From Gekko japonicus (taxonomy: Eukaryota), in assembly GCF_001447785.1 (NCBI RefSeq), contig NW_015163746.1, positions 1 to 64,000 of the forward strand: a stretch of 64,000 bases of DNA, in the 5' to 3' direction. The notes under the pieces were generated by a model. The model searched no databases and had not been told where the DNA came from. It saw only the letters and a list, made by a program, of their open reading frames with translations. Positions 23,857 through 34,997 of this stretch are shown one piece after another (the first letter of the stretch is position 1; each line of letters opens with the position of its first letter). The position numbers were made by a program, and so were the translations under genes.

Positions 23857-23986
23857 AGTATTCAGCTGGCATTTTTCAAGGAAGCACTGCCCTGGAGACA
23901 TGTCTGGCTATTCAGACTAATGGATTATTATTGAGGATACGACACAGTGGAAGAATAATTATGCATTTATTCAGAGAAGGAACAAA
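23857..23986 (-). pseudogene. iGluR-like exon remnant 4 (M1-M2 loop, probable pore loop)
   Basis: Acceptor ttcttcag|, donor |gtaagt. Starts FVPS (cf. FSP) and contains TCLQGSASLKNAS*IL (cf. QQG..PK..S.RI). The match is weak but the position fits. Confidence 0.4.
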
Positions 23987-25039
23987 CTGAAGAAACATTG
24001 ATATTCCAAGCATGAATATACAATAGTCTGTGTTTGGCTGAGTTAAACACATTATCTGGAACGTTGCAACAAAATACTATTAATTTCACAGTTACTTTAC
24101 TTGTATTTTATCTGTATATTAGAGCAATTCCCTGATGTGGGATACAAATGACTGATTCTTACAAGGCCCGCAGCCGAATGGTCCCGGGGGAGGGTTGCCT
24201 GGCCCTTTGCCTCCCGGGCCACCAGGGCCTGGTGCAGGTCACAGACCAGGGCAGCTTCGGTCACCTACTGCTGCTGCACAAGATCCCACATCAGGTGGGC
24301 CTGGTGGTCCGTGAGCCATTGGCCAAATTGGGTAAGGTCCATGGTGCCTGGTGGGGTGGGGCGCCAGCAGTGGTGAGTCCCTAGGTGCCCTCTTCCTCCA
24401 GCTTCTCTGTGCTTGTGGGTTCTCCCCAAAATGGCAGGTGAGAGGCTGACCACCCTCTAGGGTGGGGTTATGTGGCAGGGGGAACACCAGGGGTGGGGCT
24501 ATGCCCGCATTCTCTACCCCACTGTCACACAAATCAGTTGACCCCCCCTCGCTTTCACTGGAGTTGGAGCTCTGGAGAAGCCCAACCACGTTGATTGCCC
24601 ATCCCTAAGGGCAGCAGGGGCCTCAGTTGTGTGAGCAGGGGAGGGGGGTTCATCACACCATGCTCCTCCTGGGTCGCTTGCCGTCTCTCTGGCTGTGGCT
24701 TTGCAGACCACAGGCAATCCTCCTCAGCCCCTGCATACTGCCCTCCTTTTATCCCCATCCCTGCTCCCTCTATCATTCTCTATTTTTTCCTCCACCCCTC
24801 CCCTTTCTGCCCCGCCCACATACTTAGTCGGAGACACCAGGCCTCAGGTGAGGCTGTGCTCTTGGGCGTCTCCTCCAGGGTGGGATGACACACGTGCAGT
24901 CTGCTCCGCCCGGGCCGCCAACCTTGGAGTACTTGACTGGGTGCTGCTGGAGTGGCTGGCGGTGGCAGGGGGCCACGGGAGGCCTGTCATTGGGACATGA
25001 CAATTTTGGAGAGCTGATTTAACCAAACTCCATTGGTCC

Positions 25040-25425
25040 ATCATCTATGTATTTGTGGCACCCATGAACTTGAGGATTTACCTCACTATATCCGCTTTTG
25101 CCCACTGTATTCTAGTCTGAGGGCTAAATTTTTAGCAGGTATGTTATCTGGTCTTAGTGCTTACCAAGTTGAGGATAAAATTTCATTTTTGTTATCTGAC
25201 ATTGATGCATATGTCTCTTATAAAGTTTCATTATTTGCCCTTACTGCAAAGAATATATATAAAGAATTCCAAGGTGGCAACGGGAAGGGGCATTATTCAG
25301 GCTACTGTATTAAATTAGTCATATTATTGATTTCTGGTACTTTTGTATATTCTCATATTAACCTATAGTTTGTTCACAATTTGTATTTTGTAATCTTGTA
25401 ACGATCAATGGCTAATTACAATAAA
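25040..25425 (+). mobile_element. LINE C-terminal CCHC fragment (RTE-X-like)
   Basis: CICGTHELEDLPHYIRFCPLYSSLR followed by an aataaactaaactgaact tail. Confidence 0.55.
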
Positions 25426-25435
25426 CTAAACTGAA

Positions 25436-25880
25436 CTGCAGATAAACTGACACAACAAATGCAAGATACCTTATCAGGACACATTTCCTCCATTACTTTA
25501 ACCATGCACTTCTTAACAAATTCACCATCAGTGAATGGCCTACCACTTTCAGCAATACATTTAGCAACATGATAGCTGGCCCTCATGGTAGACAGGTTCT
25601 CCTCAACATGCTTTCTAAAACTATTTTGCTGCAGAACATTGATTTTCTCGTTCACTTGCACCTCTTCTTGATATATTGACTAGCTCTTGTAACGAGATTC
25701 AAAGTGCCTTTTAACATTGTACTCCTTTAATACTGAGGGAGTTTCAAGAAATATCAGGCAAACTGCTTTATCCTTGTTTAAAACAAAGAAGTAATCAGTA
25801 GTCAATTTGTCATTAAAGACACGGTGCTCATCTGCAATTTTTCATTTCTTTGAAACAGCACTTTCTTTTGCAGACATCTT
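25436..25880 (-). mobile_element. hAT (Buster/Charlie; GTF2IRD2/EPM2AIP1-like) transposase 5' fragment
   Basis: RVFND...YFFV..KDKAVCLI....VLKEYNVKRHF and ASYHVAKCIAESGRPFTDGEFVKKCM. A probable 5' terminus of the element lies near 29170-29203. Confidence 0.85.
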
Positions 25881-27011
25881 CTTACAGAATTTTAAGCAGA
25901 GCAGCGGTTGCAGAGTTTCAATATCATCCTTGAATAAATAAAAGTATGAGAAGTGTAGTTTTGGAGGTCTAGCTATTCCCTTTACCATATAATCCACCCC
26001 ACTCTAGCTGCTACTAGCTGGGGATTTTCATTTTGACCATGGGAAAGGAGAGACTCCTGCCTCTACAGTTCTCAGGAGTATTGGGACATATGCACAAGCT
26101 ATGAAGGATGTTTTTAAAATGGATTATGAATCTGATTTACCAGATGGCAGAGTTGCAATCCTAAATGCATTAAATACTAGGAAATTTATTTCTTAATAAA
26201 CACAGTTCCTGAGGTTTAAATCTACACATGCTAGTACTGTAAAAATTGGAGCCCTCCAAAAAAAAGGGCAGGTAGAGAGAAAGAGTGAACGAAAGGGCAG
26301 CCTCCCACCTGGAGTAGAGAATATGCCATTAAGTTGGTTCCCAGTTATATGCAGGGTACATATAAAGTACTGAGACTGAAGCATAGCGTAGTGATTTCAG
26401 CTCATACTTTACTTAAGAATCAGGAAAACTTGAGATACAGTAGCTGGCCAGAGGCTGCTTTAAATACACACACAAACCACACCCAACACTCACACCTACA
26501 CCTGTGATAGGATTATATCCAAAGTAACTGCAACCATAGGTTCCCTTGAGGATCCGGGTGAGCCGATAGGCTGGTTCTAGGATCCTCTTCTTCTATTGTC
26601 TAGGGATGCAAAGCTAGACTCGTTCGCATGGCCATGTGGAAAGGCAACTGCGTGTGTGGTTGCCATTAGTACACAACAGTACACATACACATCACTGCCT
26701 GTCAGCCAAACCTCAATCATGAAAAGCAAAATGGCAGCCAGGGGGGATGGGAACTTGGCTGGAGGAAGATGTGGGAAGAGGAATCCCATAAGTTTCCCTG
26801 CTAAAAGAGTACGCTTTCCCTCCCAACCCAAGGGGCCACTCACAGCTCCTGCAGTCACAGATGCATGAGAAGACTCCTAGCTGGAGTGAGTGGGGGAGAA
26901 GAGGCAGTGTTAGAGAATAAGCCTGATATTTGCTTTATGGACTATTATTGCTACACACAATGGGCTGTGCACACACACATAGGCTCAGAAAGCTATACAC
27001 TTTAGGTCACC

Positions 27012-27900
27012 TGTTGTGATGCCACACATACCTTACATGTAAATAAGGTTTCAGCTACACAGTTGCCCAGCCTGGTGAAGAAGCACAAACCTCCATTATT
27101 GTGAGCAATGAAACAACAACTCTAGGAAGAAACAGCCCCCATGACAGAGCTGCTTGTAGTAACGTACTACTCATCACCTGCTTTGTTCCTGAGATGGAAT
27201 TTCCTGCCATATGGACATTTGGTTATCAATGGAACTGGCCAGCTTCATCAACACTACAATGAAGCATCCTGATGCCTGAATTTCACACTTGTCCAGATGC
27301 CGTACTCTGAGTAAGGTTTTAGGTTACAATATTGGCCACCCCTCTTAGGTAACCTCCTCTTCCCACATGCAACCAATAGGATTGTTTTTGGGACGGACTA
27401 ACAGGTAGGTGGGTCAAGAGGTTGGCACAGTTACCACCCTTCTCTTGGACCCCCTATAAAAGGAGAGAACCAGTCACCTGGCCCCTCCTACTTGATCAAC
27501 TAGCATCTCCCCCGCAACAACCCCTGTCTGCTTTTACCCCTCTTATGTCCCACTTACTATCCCCAACCCTTGCCTCTACTACCCACGCATTCCGGCTGGT
27601 TCTGGTTGTGTGTGAATTCCCTTTGTTTTCTATTTCCTCCCATCCATTCTTCATTGGAACAACCAAGCTGCAAGACACCCACCATCGCCCACCATCACCC
27701 CTACCTGCTAATGCAAATGTGCTTATTTCCTACTGTAAGTATTAGAAATTTGATTGAATGTGTGAGTGCATCAGTATTGTTTGTATGAGATATATTTTTA
27801 AGTAAAAGGCATCTATTTTAACCACAACAGCCTCGAATCCTTACTGGTAACCCTTGGTGGGATCAGGACCTTGGTATAAATTGGCAAGAACCCATTTATA
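27012..27900 (+). mobile_element. Probable solo LTR
   Basis: CCAAT (about 27373), TATAAAA (about 27455) and AGTAAA (27801) in LTR order. Boundaries approximate. Confidence 0.45.
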
Positions 27901-28805
27901 AATTGCAAGCAAGGCAAGAAGTCAAAGCAACCAGCTCTTGTTGAGGAAGGAAGAATGCTTTTGCCTGCAGCAGCAACCTCACCAGTACCCTTGGAAGCCA
28001 CTTGAAGGAGCCCTGATGGGTGAAGCCTCTAGAAATGATCAGTATGCAAACTGTATGCAGGGTGCACATGCACATCACTGTTGCCAAGCCTCAATCATGG
28101 GAAGCAAAATGGCAGCCGGCGGGAGGGGAAATTGGCTGGAGAAAGATGTGGGAAGAGGGACACCATAATCTTCCCTGCTAAGCCAGTATGCCTTCCTTCT
28201 CAACCCAAGGGAACACTCACCGGCTCATGCAATCAAAGATGCCTGAAGAGACTCCGAGCTAGAGTGGGTGGGGGAGAAGAGCAGAAGTAAGCAAGGCATG
28301 AAGGCAGAGCAACCAGCTTTTGTTGAGGAAGGAAGGATGCTTTTGCCTGCAGCAGCAACCTCAGCAGTAACCTTGGAAGCCATCTGGAGGAGCCTTGATG
28401 GGTGGAGCCTCTAGAAATGTTCAGTATGAAAAACACTTTGTAGCCTTTTTTTTTTGCAAAAATATCAGCCCTTTTACTGTCCTTTTCGTGCCTTTCTTGC
28501 AAAAGCAGGCCAGACATCTCCTGTACCCATTCACACCGCTGCTTTATCTGCCTTATGTACATATACAGCCAACATGGTAATGCTTGAAGAGGGGGAGGTT
28601 AAAAAGCGGAGTGGTATGGGTACCTGAGCTTTGCTGGCTAGCAAAGCACCCAGAATTGCCACATGGAGAATAGGACCAAGAGGGGGGTTGACAGAAGGAA
28701 CCCTGGAGACCAGAAGAAGCACTAGTTGCTATTGTGTCTTTATTTTTTTGCAAGAAAGGGACAGGAAGAACAGCAGTAGATGGTGCCTCTTGAGGCAGGA
28801 AGAAC

Positions 28806-29074
28806 CAGGGGCAGATTAACCATTAAGCAGACTAAGGCACATGCTTAGGGCGCCAGGGCCAAAGGGGGCACCACAAAGTTGGGAAAGGGGTGAAAAGATA
28901 AGTTTGTACAGTATATTGTGTTATCATATGAATACATTTTTGTATTGCTGCAACATGCATTGTATATCTGGTCAGACAGGTCAACAACTAAAATGGACTG
29001 GGTCCATGTGGAAAGGAGGGGGGCACCAAGATTGGTCAGTGCTTAGGGCACCAGTGAGCTTTAATCCCCCCCTG
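28806..29074. mobile_element. hAT-type MITE
   Basis: TIR CAGGGGCAGATTAA/TTAATCCCCCCCTG, TSD GGAAGAAC/GGAACAAC. Shares the subterminal GCTTAGGGC motif with 3989-4204. Confidence 0.8.
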
Positions 29075-29249
29075 GGAACAACAGTGTGGTTGTGAGAGAA
29101 AATTCCTTGAGGGTGATAGCAGCAAACCAAGTAGGTTGGAGGGCCACATAGAAGGAGCTTGGGGGGGCGCATGCGACCTGCGGCTCACAGGTTGAGGACC
29201 TCAGCTCTAAAAACTGACATCTGCATGCTCAAACAATTAATGCTGGGAG

Positions 29250-29660
29250 CTATGGAGTCTGTTCTCCACGCTCCCTTGACCTCCCCCCCCACAAGCCTCT
29301 TTGGCTCTGTACATCTCTAATCTCACAACCCCACTTTATCGGCGGGTTTTTTATGCTAGCGAGATTCAATCTTTTCCCCTCAGTTGTTGTTTTAGGCAGA
29401 TATAGGGGTATCCCGTATAGGGACAGAACCTGCAATTGTCTCTATAGTGAACCTGATTCAGTTGCTCATATCCTTCTACGTTGTCCTCAATATTCTACTA
29501 TGCGTAGCTATCTGATTAGTCTTCACTTATCTACCACAAGGAACCCGACTGACAATGATCTTAAAATTTTATTGTCTGATAAGTCCCCGGCAATTACTTT
29601 GTCTGTTGCTGAATTCTTAGCCTATGTTTGGAAGCTTAGGGTAGGGGCGTACAAGCCTTA
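29250..29660 (+). mobile_element. LINE C-terminal CCHC fragment (RTE-X-like)
   Basis: GRYRGIPYRDRTCNC...DSVAHILLRCPQY. Confidence 0.6.
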
Positions 29661-30699
29661 ACCCCCTTGTATTTTTTTCATGACAAAACAAAACAGCAAA
29701 GATTAAACTGTCAGTTGAAGGCAAAGGATGGACGTGAATGTTTATCACTTAAGTGCTTAGTATGAATTAGAAATAATGACTGAAAACTATTAAACAGGAA
29801 TCATCATAAAAAGGGGGAAACAGTTCTTAGTAGTAAAATAAAGTATAAAATGTTATTTTTAAAAAATATTAAAATTATGGTTCTTAGGATATTGCACCAG
29901 AAGCCAGAAGCTCTGTACACATGCCTTGTTCATAATTGCTCCTTAGGTACCACTTTCCTATCAGACTGTAGTAGGAATAGATATCCTTCTCTAATTAGTA
30001 GAGACTATTGTTATCATTATGAAAAAGTAATGACATTCATTCTTTTTGAATGCCAGTTTATGATGTTGGAAGCAATCCCCTAATAAAGACACTTTGCGTT
30101 ATGTACTTGTGATGCAGAATTAGTCAATTTGCCAGGTTGGAGGACACATTTATTTCCAGAAACTCTGGTTTAATTTATCATTACATCTTGTCTTTCATAA
30201 CTCACTTTTTCTTCAGCAGTACCATTAGATCTGCAAGCTTGTACCTTTAAGCAGCTCTAGCAGAAACTTATAATAGGGCTCATTCACATAGATAGAATGG
30301 GAAGTGAGATAGGTAAGATAGCTTTACATGGTCTTCATTGTGAGGGATATCTTGCATTTGGGGAGAAAATAGCTGTTACTGGGAACTCAAGGAGTTTGGT
30401 GGAACTCCAGAAAAAATGTCAAATATGATTGAGGTCCCAGGTCTATCAAGAGCATTTCCTGATCATACTCATTCCAATATTATTGCTTTTAGAAAATAAA
30501 TGTCTTTGGCAAATTGAATGATAAAGGGCACTTTTGGACAATAAACCTGTACACCAATTAAGAATGATCCAGGAAGCCTTCTGATGGTGACCTTCTATTT
30601 GCCAAGTTCATGTTGTGATGACTAGAACACATGCTTTCTTACTGGCAGTCTATTCTCTGGCATGGACCACCTAAGGAAATGTGGATGTTTTTCTCACTG

Positions 30700-31250
30700 T
30701 ACCCTTGAAATGCTTTGGAGACGCAGGTGGTCCAGAATGCAGCAGTCAGGTTGCTGACAAGAGCATCATGGTCTGCTCATATTACTCAAAATTTGTGGCA
30801 GTTGCACTGGTTACCAATTAGTCTCCAGATCCAATTCAACATGTTGGTGTTAACCCTTAAAGCCCTTAATGGTTTGGGACCCTCATACCTACAGGATCAC
30901 CTTTCCCATTACAACTTTCTGTGCTCCCTTCAGTCATCCTCTACGGGCCTCTTGCAGATGCCTGGCCCCAGGATGACCAAGTTAGCTGTCACCAAGAAGG
31001 GCTTTCTCAGTTGTGGCCCCTACACTATGGAATGTACTCTCTGATGGCACCCATGCCCTGCTGGACTTGTTCAGTGTTATGGTACTAGCCATATATTTCA
31101 ATTGTTTAACATTTTAATGTTAATATTTTATATTTGTTATCTGCTTCTATGTTGTTTTAAACTTAGGTATATGATTTTAATGTTATAAGTCACCACGAAA
31201 TCCTTTGGGTGGGGAGGAGCTTAAAAAAAATCAAATAAATAAATAAATAT
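30700..31250 (+). mobile_element. L2 3' fragment
   Basis: VQNAAVRLLT...LWQLHWLPI...GLGPSYLQDHL and a (TAAA)n tail. Confidence 0.85.
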
Positions 31251-31532
31251 ATATATTGTGATTTTTACAATTCTCCCACCACTTCCAACTTCTGATTTGC
31301 TACAGCAGGAGGGGGAGGTAAGGAATTTCAGCTCTACCATCAGAAGTGCCATCTGTTAGCTCAAATTATGCTCAGGATCCAACTCTTTAAATATCAGACA
31401 TCAGTAGTTTGTTTTTATGTTCTCATTTTAGTTGATTTTATGCCTCCTTAAACCATGGAGAGGTGGGATACATTTTGAAATGTATAGATGACTTATTCAT
31501 ATTCAGTTGAATTGCAAATTTCATGGAGAAAA

Positions 31533-32332
31533 TGTTGTTGTTGTTCAGTCACACAGTTGAGTCTGACTCTTCGTGACCCCATGGACCACATCACACCAGG
31601 CCCTCCTGTCTTCCGTCATGCTCTAGAGTTTGCTTAATTAATTTATCTATCAAACTTATACCTCGCTCTCCCCGCAAAGTGGGCTCAGGGCAGCTTCCAT
31701 AAAAGCATAAATACACTAAAGCATAAATACATTAAATACAGAGTGGGTTAAAACCCTGGAGTTACTGAATTTCATGTTCGTTGCCTCGATAACACTGTCC
31801 AACCATCTCATCCTTTGCCCTCCCCTTCTTCTTCGACCTTCAGTCTTTCCCAGCATCACGGTCTTCTCCAGTGAGTGCTCCCTTCTCATTTGGTAGCCAA
31901 AGTATTTGAGCTTCAGCTTCAATATCTGGCCTTCCAGGGAACAGTCAGGGTTGATTTCTTTTAGGATTGGCTGATTTGATCTCCTTGCAGTCCAGGGGAC
32001 TCTCAAGAGTCTTCTCCAGCACCATAATGCAAAAGAATCTATTCTTTGGCGCTCGGCCTTCCTTATAGTCCAACTCTCGCAGCCATACAGTACTACTGGC
32101 AATACCATTGCTTTGACCATACGGACATTTGTTGGCAGGGTGATGTCTCTACTTTTTTATATGCTGTCTAGGTTTGCCATCGCTTTCCTCCCAAGGAGCA
32201 GGCGTCTTTTCATTTCATGGCTGCAGTCACCGTCTGCAGTGATCTTGGATCCCAGGAACGTGAAGTCTGTCACTGCTTCCATGACTTCTCCTATTTGCCA
32301 AGGAGTGATGGGGCCAGATGCCATGATCTTAG
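31533..32332 (-). mobile_element. RTE-BovB LINE 3' portion
   Basis: VKAMVLPVVLYGCESWTIRKAE...EGRRRRGGQRMRWLD and TDFTFLGSKITADGDCSHE. (CAA)n tail. A short L2-like tail is inserted at about 31630-31760. Confidence 0.92.
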
Positions 32333-32820
32333 AAAACATACATGTTATAAATAATGTAATATTTTATTTACAAAAATTGTATCTTGCCTTTCTGCCCTCA
32401 TAAGGCCTCTACGATGGACCACTTCCGCTTCCCTCCCTCAGAGGCTAGATTTTCCCTCTGTTTTTGTGGCCCTTCACTGTCTGAGGAGCCCACCCTGTCA
32501 TTAAGATATATTCTGACTATTTGCTCAGCCCAGTATCCTGAGGGAAGGGATTGGATCACCCTATATCTTAAACCCTTGAAAATGGCACTTGAGATGCTTT
32601 TAAAATTCAAAAATAACAAAAGGTTTTCTTTGACATCAAATGGAAAAGTCAGGTGAAATTAAGGTAAGAAGCCCAAGCTTCAAGAAAAGAATGAATTTAT
32701 TCTTCCATTTGAAAATGCTTGATTTAAAGGAAAGCATTAGCAGTCATTTTAGGATTTCCACAGGCATTTTTTCCAAATGATTTACCAGGAACTATGCCAC
32801 AGTTGATGCAGTTCACATAC

Positions 32821-32975
32821 CTGGAGACAATACAATCAATCTGAAAACTGCAAAATGCTAAAAATGACAGAATTAAAATGGGCATTAAACAAGCACAGCA
32901 CTAAAGAACTGAATTTGGTGAAAGAGCAGAAGTCATACTTGCGAGAAAGAACTTCAGAAAATAAGATTTTGAGAT
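32821..32975 (-). pseudogene. iGluR-like exon remnant 3 (end of S1 and M1)
   Basis: Acceptor caacag|. Starts (R)SQNLIF*SSF (cf. RSQVIDFTSPF). Ends with hydrophobic LMPILILSFLAFCSFQIDCIVSR at donor AG|gtatgt (cf. the M1 end FLVSR|FSP). Confidence 0.6.
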
Positions 32976-33430
32976 CTGTTGAGCATTAAACCCCCCCAAA
33001 ACAAATAACTCAGAATTGCCCCGCTCATACTTCTTTACTAGAAATGCATCCCAAGATGCCCTTTGCATAAGATAAAAATGGCTGACTGGTTTTCTCATTT
33101 CGACAGCAATGAGGAAGAGAGGAGCATTTGTCATCTATGTCCATTCCATCACCCACCCATCCCTTCCAGATATGTTCACACAAAGCCAATCATTCACCAT
33201 AGTGCCCTACTTTTTCCCTAGATCAGGAGATGAGGATACAAGAGCTCTCCCCCTCCCCTGTAACAGCATTTTCATGAGGTTTTCAGTTAATGTTTAATGC
33301 TTATCATTTTCAGTAGTCAAGGTTATGGCAATTTGGTCGTATTGTTTTCAACTTATTTTCAGCTAGTGACAGTAACACTTTCTATGGGCAATTGCTTCAC
33401 AGTACCAGCTAGAGTTATCATGGTATCTAA

Positions 33431-33591
33431 CTGCAGCAGAGGAAGAAAGTATATTAGCCATAGCTGTTGGTATATTATCATCTAAAAACTGATAAAGGCA
33501 TTCAAACCATTTCACAATCATTAATGTTCACATTGCTACATTTCAGAAGATAGGAAATATTATTACCAGTGAAATGCATATTCAAAGCATC
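33431..33591 (-). pseudogene. iGluR-like exon remnant 2 (S1)
   Basis: Acceptor ctgcag|. Reads DALNMHFT, then after a frameshift KWFECLYQFLDDNIPTAMANILSSSA (cf. LNFTYE..WNGMxGELLxGxAxMAVxxxSINxxR). The donor is degenerate. Confidence 0.5.
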
Positions 33592-34529
33592 CTGCAGTTG
33601 TATTACATTTACTTGTTTAACTGCAATGTTTTAAATATATAACATTTATCTCATAGTATGGCTGGTACTAAAGTAGCACATTAGGACTTTACGAATTCTG
33701 ACCCGCCACGTAGGACATTACAAATTCTGACCCACCAAGCTGAATGTAGCCAGTTGTAGGGCAACCTGTCAGGCATCACAGCCCACCCTTCCAAGCTGCA
33801 GAAAAATGGTAGATGGAGTTATCAAACACCTGACAGGCCATTTTACAGGAAGGGGTGGGCACAAATTAGGAAAATGTGGTTTGGTTTGGTTCATGATGAA
33901 CTTGGTTCACGAACCACAAACCCTCACAAACTTTTTGATGCTAAACAAACAGGCTCAGTTTGTGAGGTGTGTGAATTGGTAGAACAATCCCCCCTGGTTT
34001 GCTAGAGACACCAACCTCATGGGAGATCTCCAGCTGACTCTCCTCTACCTACCTTCCAAGTTTGGTGAGTACTGGATTTATGGGGTCTGAGTTACGGTCC
34101 CCCGAAGGAGGTGCCCCCAGGAAAGTGCTTTTTAGGGCAATGTCAGAAATGACAGTCACAGGTTCAGGAATATATAGAATGGACCCTTGCAAGCAAGAGG
34201 TATCAAACTTGCAGAAGACCTCACCCTCACTCTCATCTACATGCTCTCCAAGTTATGTGCAGACTGAACTTAGGGAGTCCGAGTTAGGCCCCCCCCCAAA
34301 GAAGATGCTCCCAAGAAAGTGATTTTGGGAGAAATGTCTGGCACAGGATCATAACTACAATCAAAGCCATCAAGCAACTATTGGAGCAGATTCTGCATGA
34401 TTGGAACTTATTTTGCTGTGGAAATATTTATAGGCAGCTATCTAGTTGGCTTGATTAATTTCATTTGTCAAAAGCCAGTTCTGCCTCTCTTTATAAGGGC
34501 TTCTGGGATAAGAAAGCTTCATGTCACTT

Positions 34530-34980
34530 GACCAATGCATGTGGTTTCTTCCTACAGAGCCAACAAAAGGGATAGTGATCTTGGATTTTGCTCTGAGCGG
34601 AGCTCAAGACCTGGTCAGAGATGTAGAGGTTATTGCACCAGTTGGGAAGAGTTACCACAGTGCATGCCAATGTAAAGTTACCCCTAAATCCCCAAAGTGT
34701 AACATTTTATATCAAAATTTTACAAAACTGAGAATAGTTAAAAGGAAATTGAAAGGGAAACACAAGAGAGTCAAATTTCTTGAGGATGCTTGAAAGCAAT
34801 TTGAAACCACACTAACTGAAACCCAGAGAGAATGTCCCCAGGTCCTGATGGTATACACCCAAGAGTTCTCAGGGAACTCAAATGTGAGATTGTTGATCTA
34901 CTGACCCATAAATGTAACTTATCACTAAATTCAGCTGCTGCACCAGAAGACTGGAGAATGGCAAGTGTTACATTTGCCTC
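34530..34980 (+). mobile_element. CR1 fragment (internally deleted); its 3' end resumes at 43544-43668
   Basis: SPGPDGIHPRVLRELK...PEDWRMASVT. The 3' terminus ...cagggctcctcttatgttcttatg is near 43667. Confidence 0.75.
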
Positions 34981-34997
34981 AAGAAAGCCTCTGCCTC

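Noticed and set aside
25416-25880. GTF2IRD2/EPM2AIP1 host gene
   Set aside because: Truncated, stop-containing fragment with no exon context; better explained as a hAT transposase remnant.
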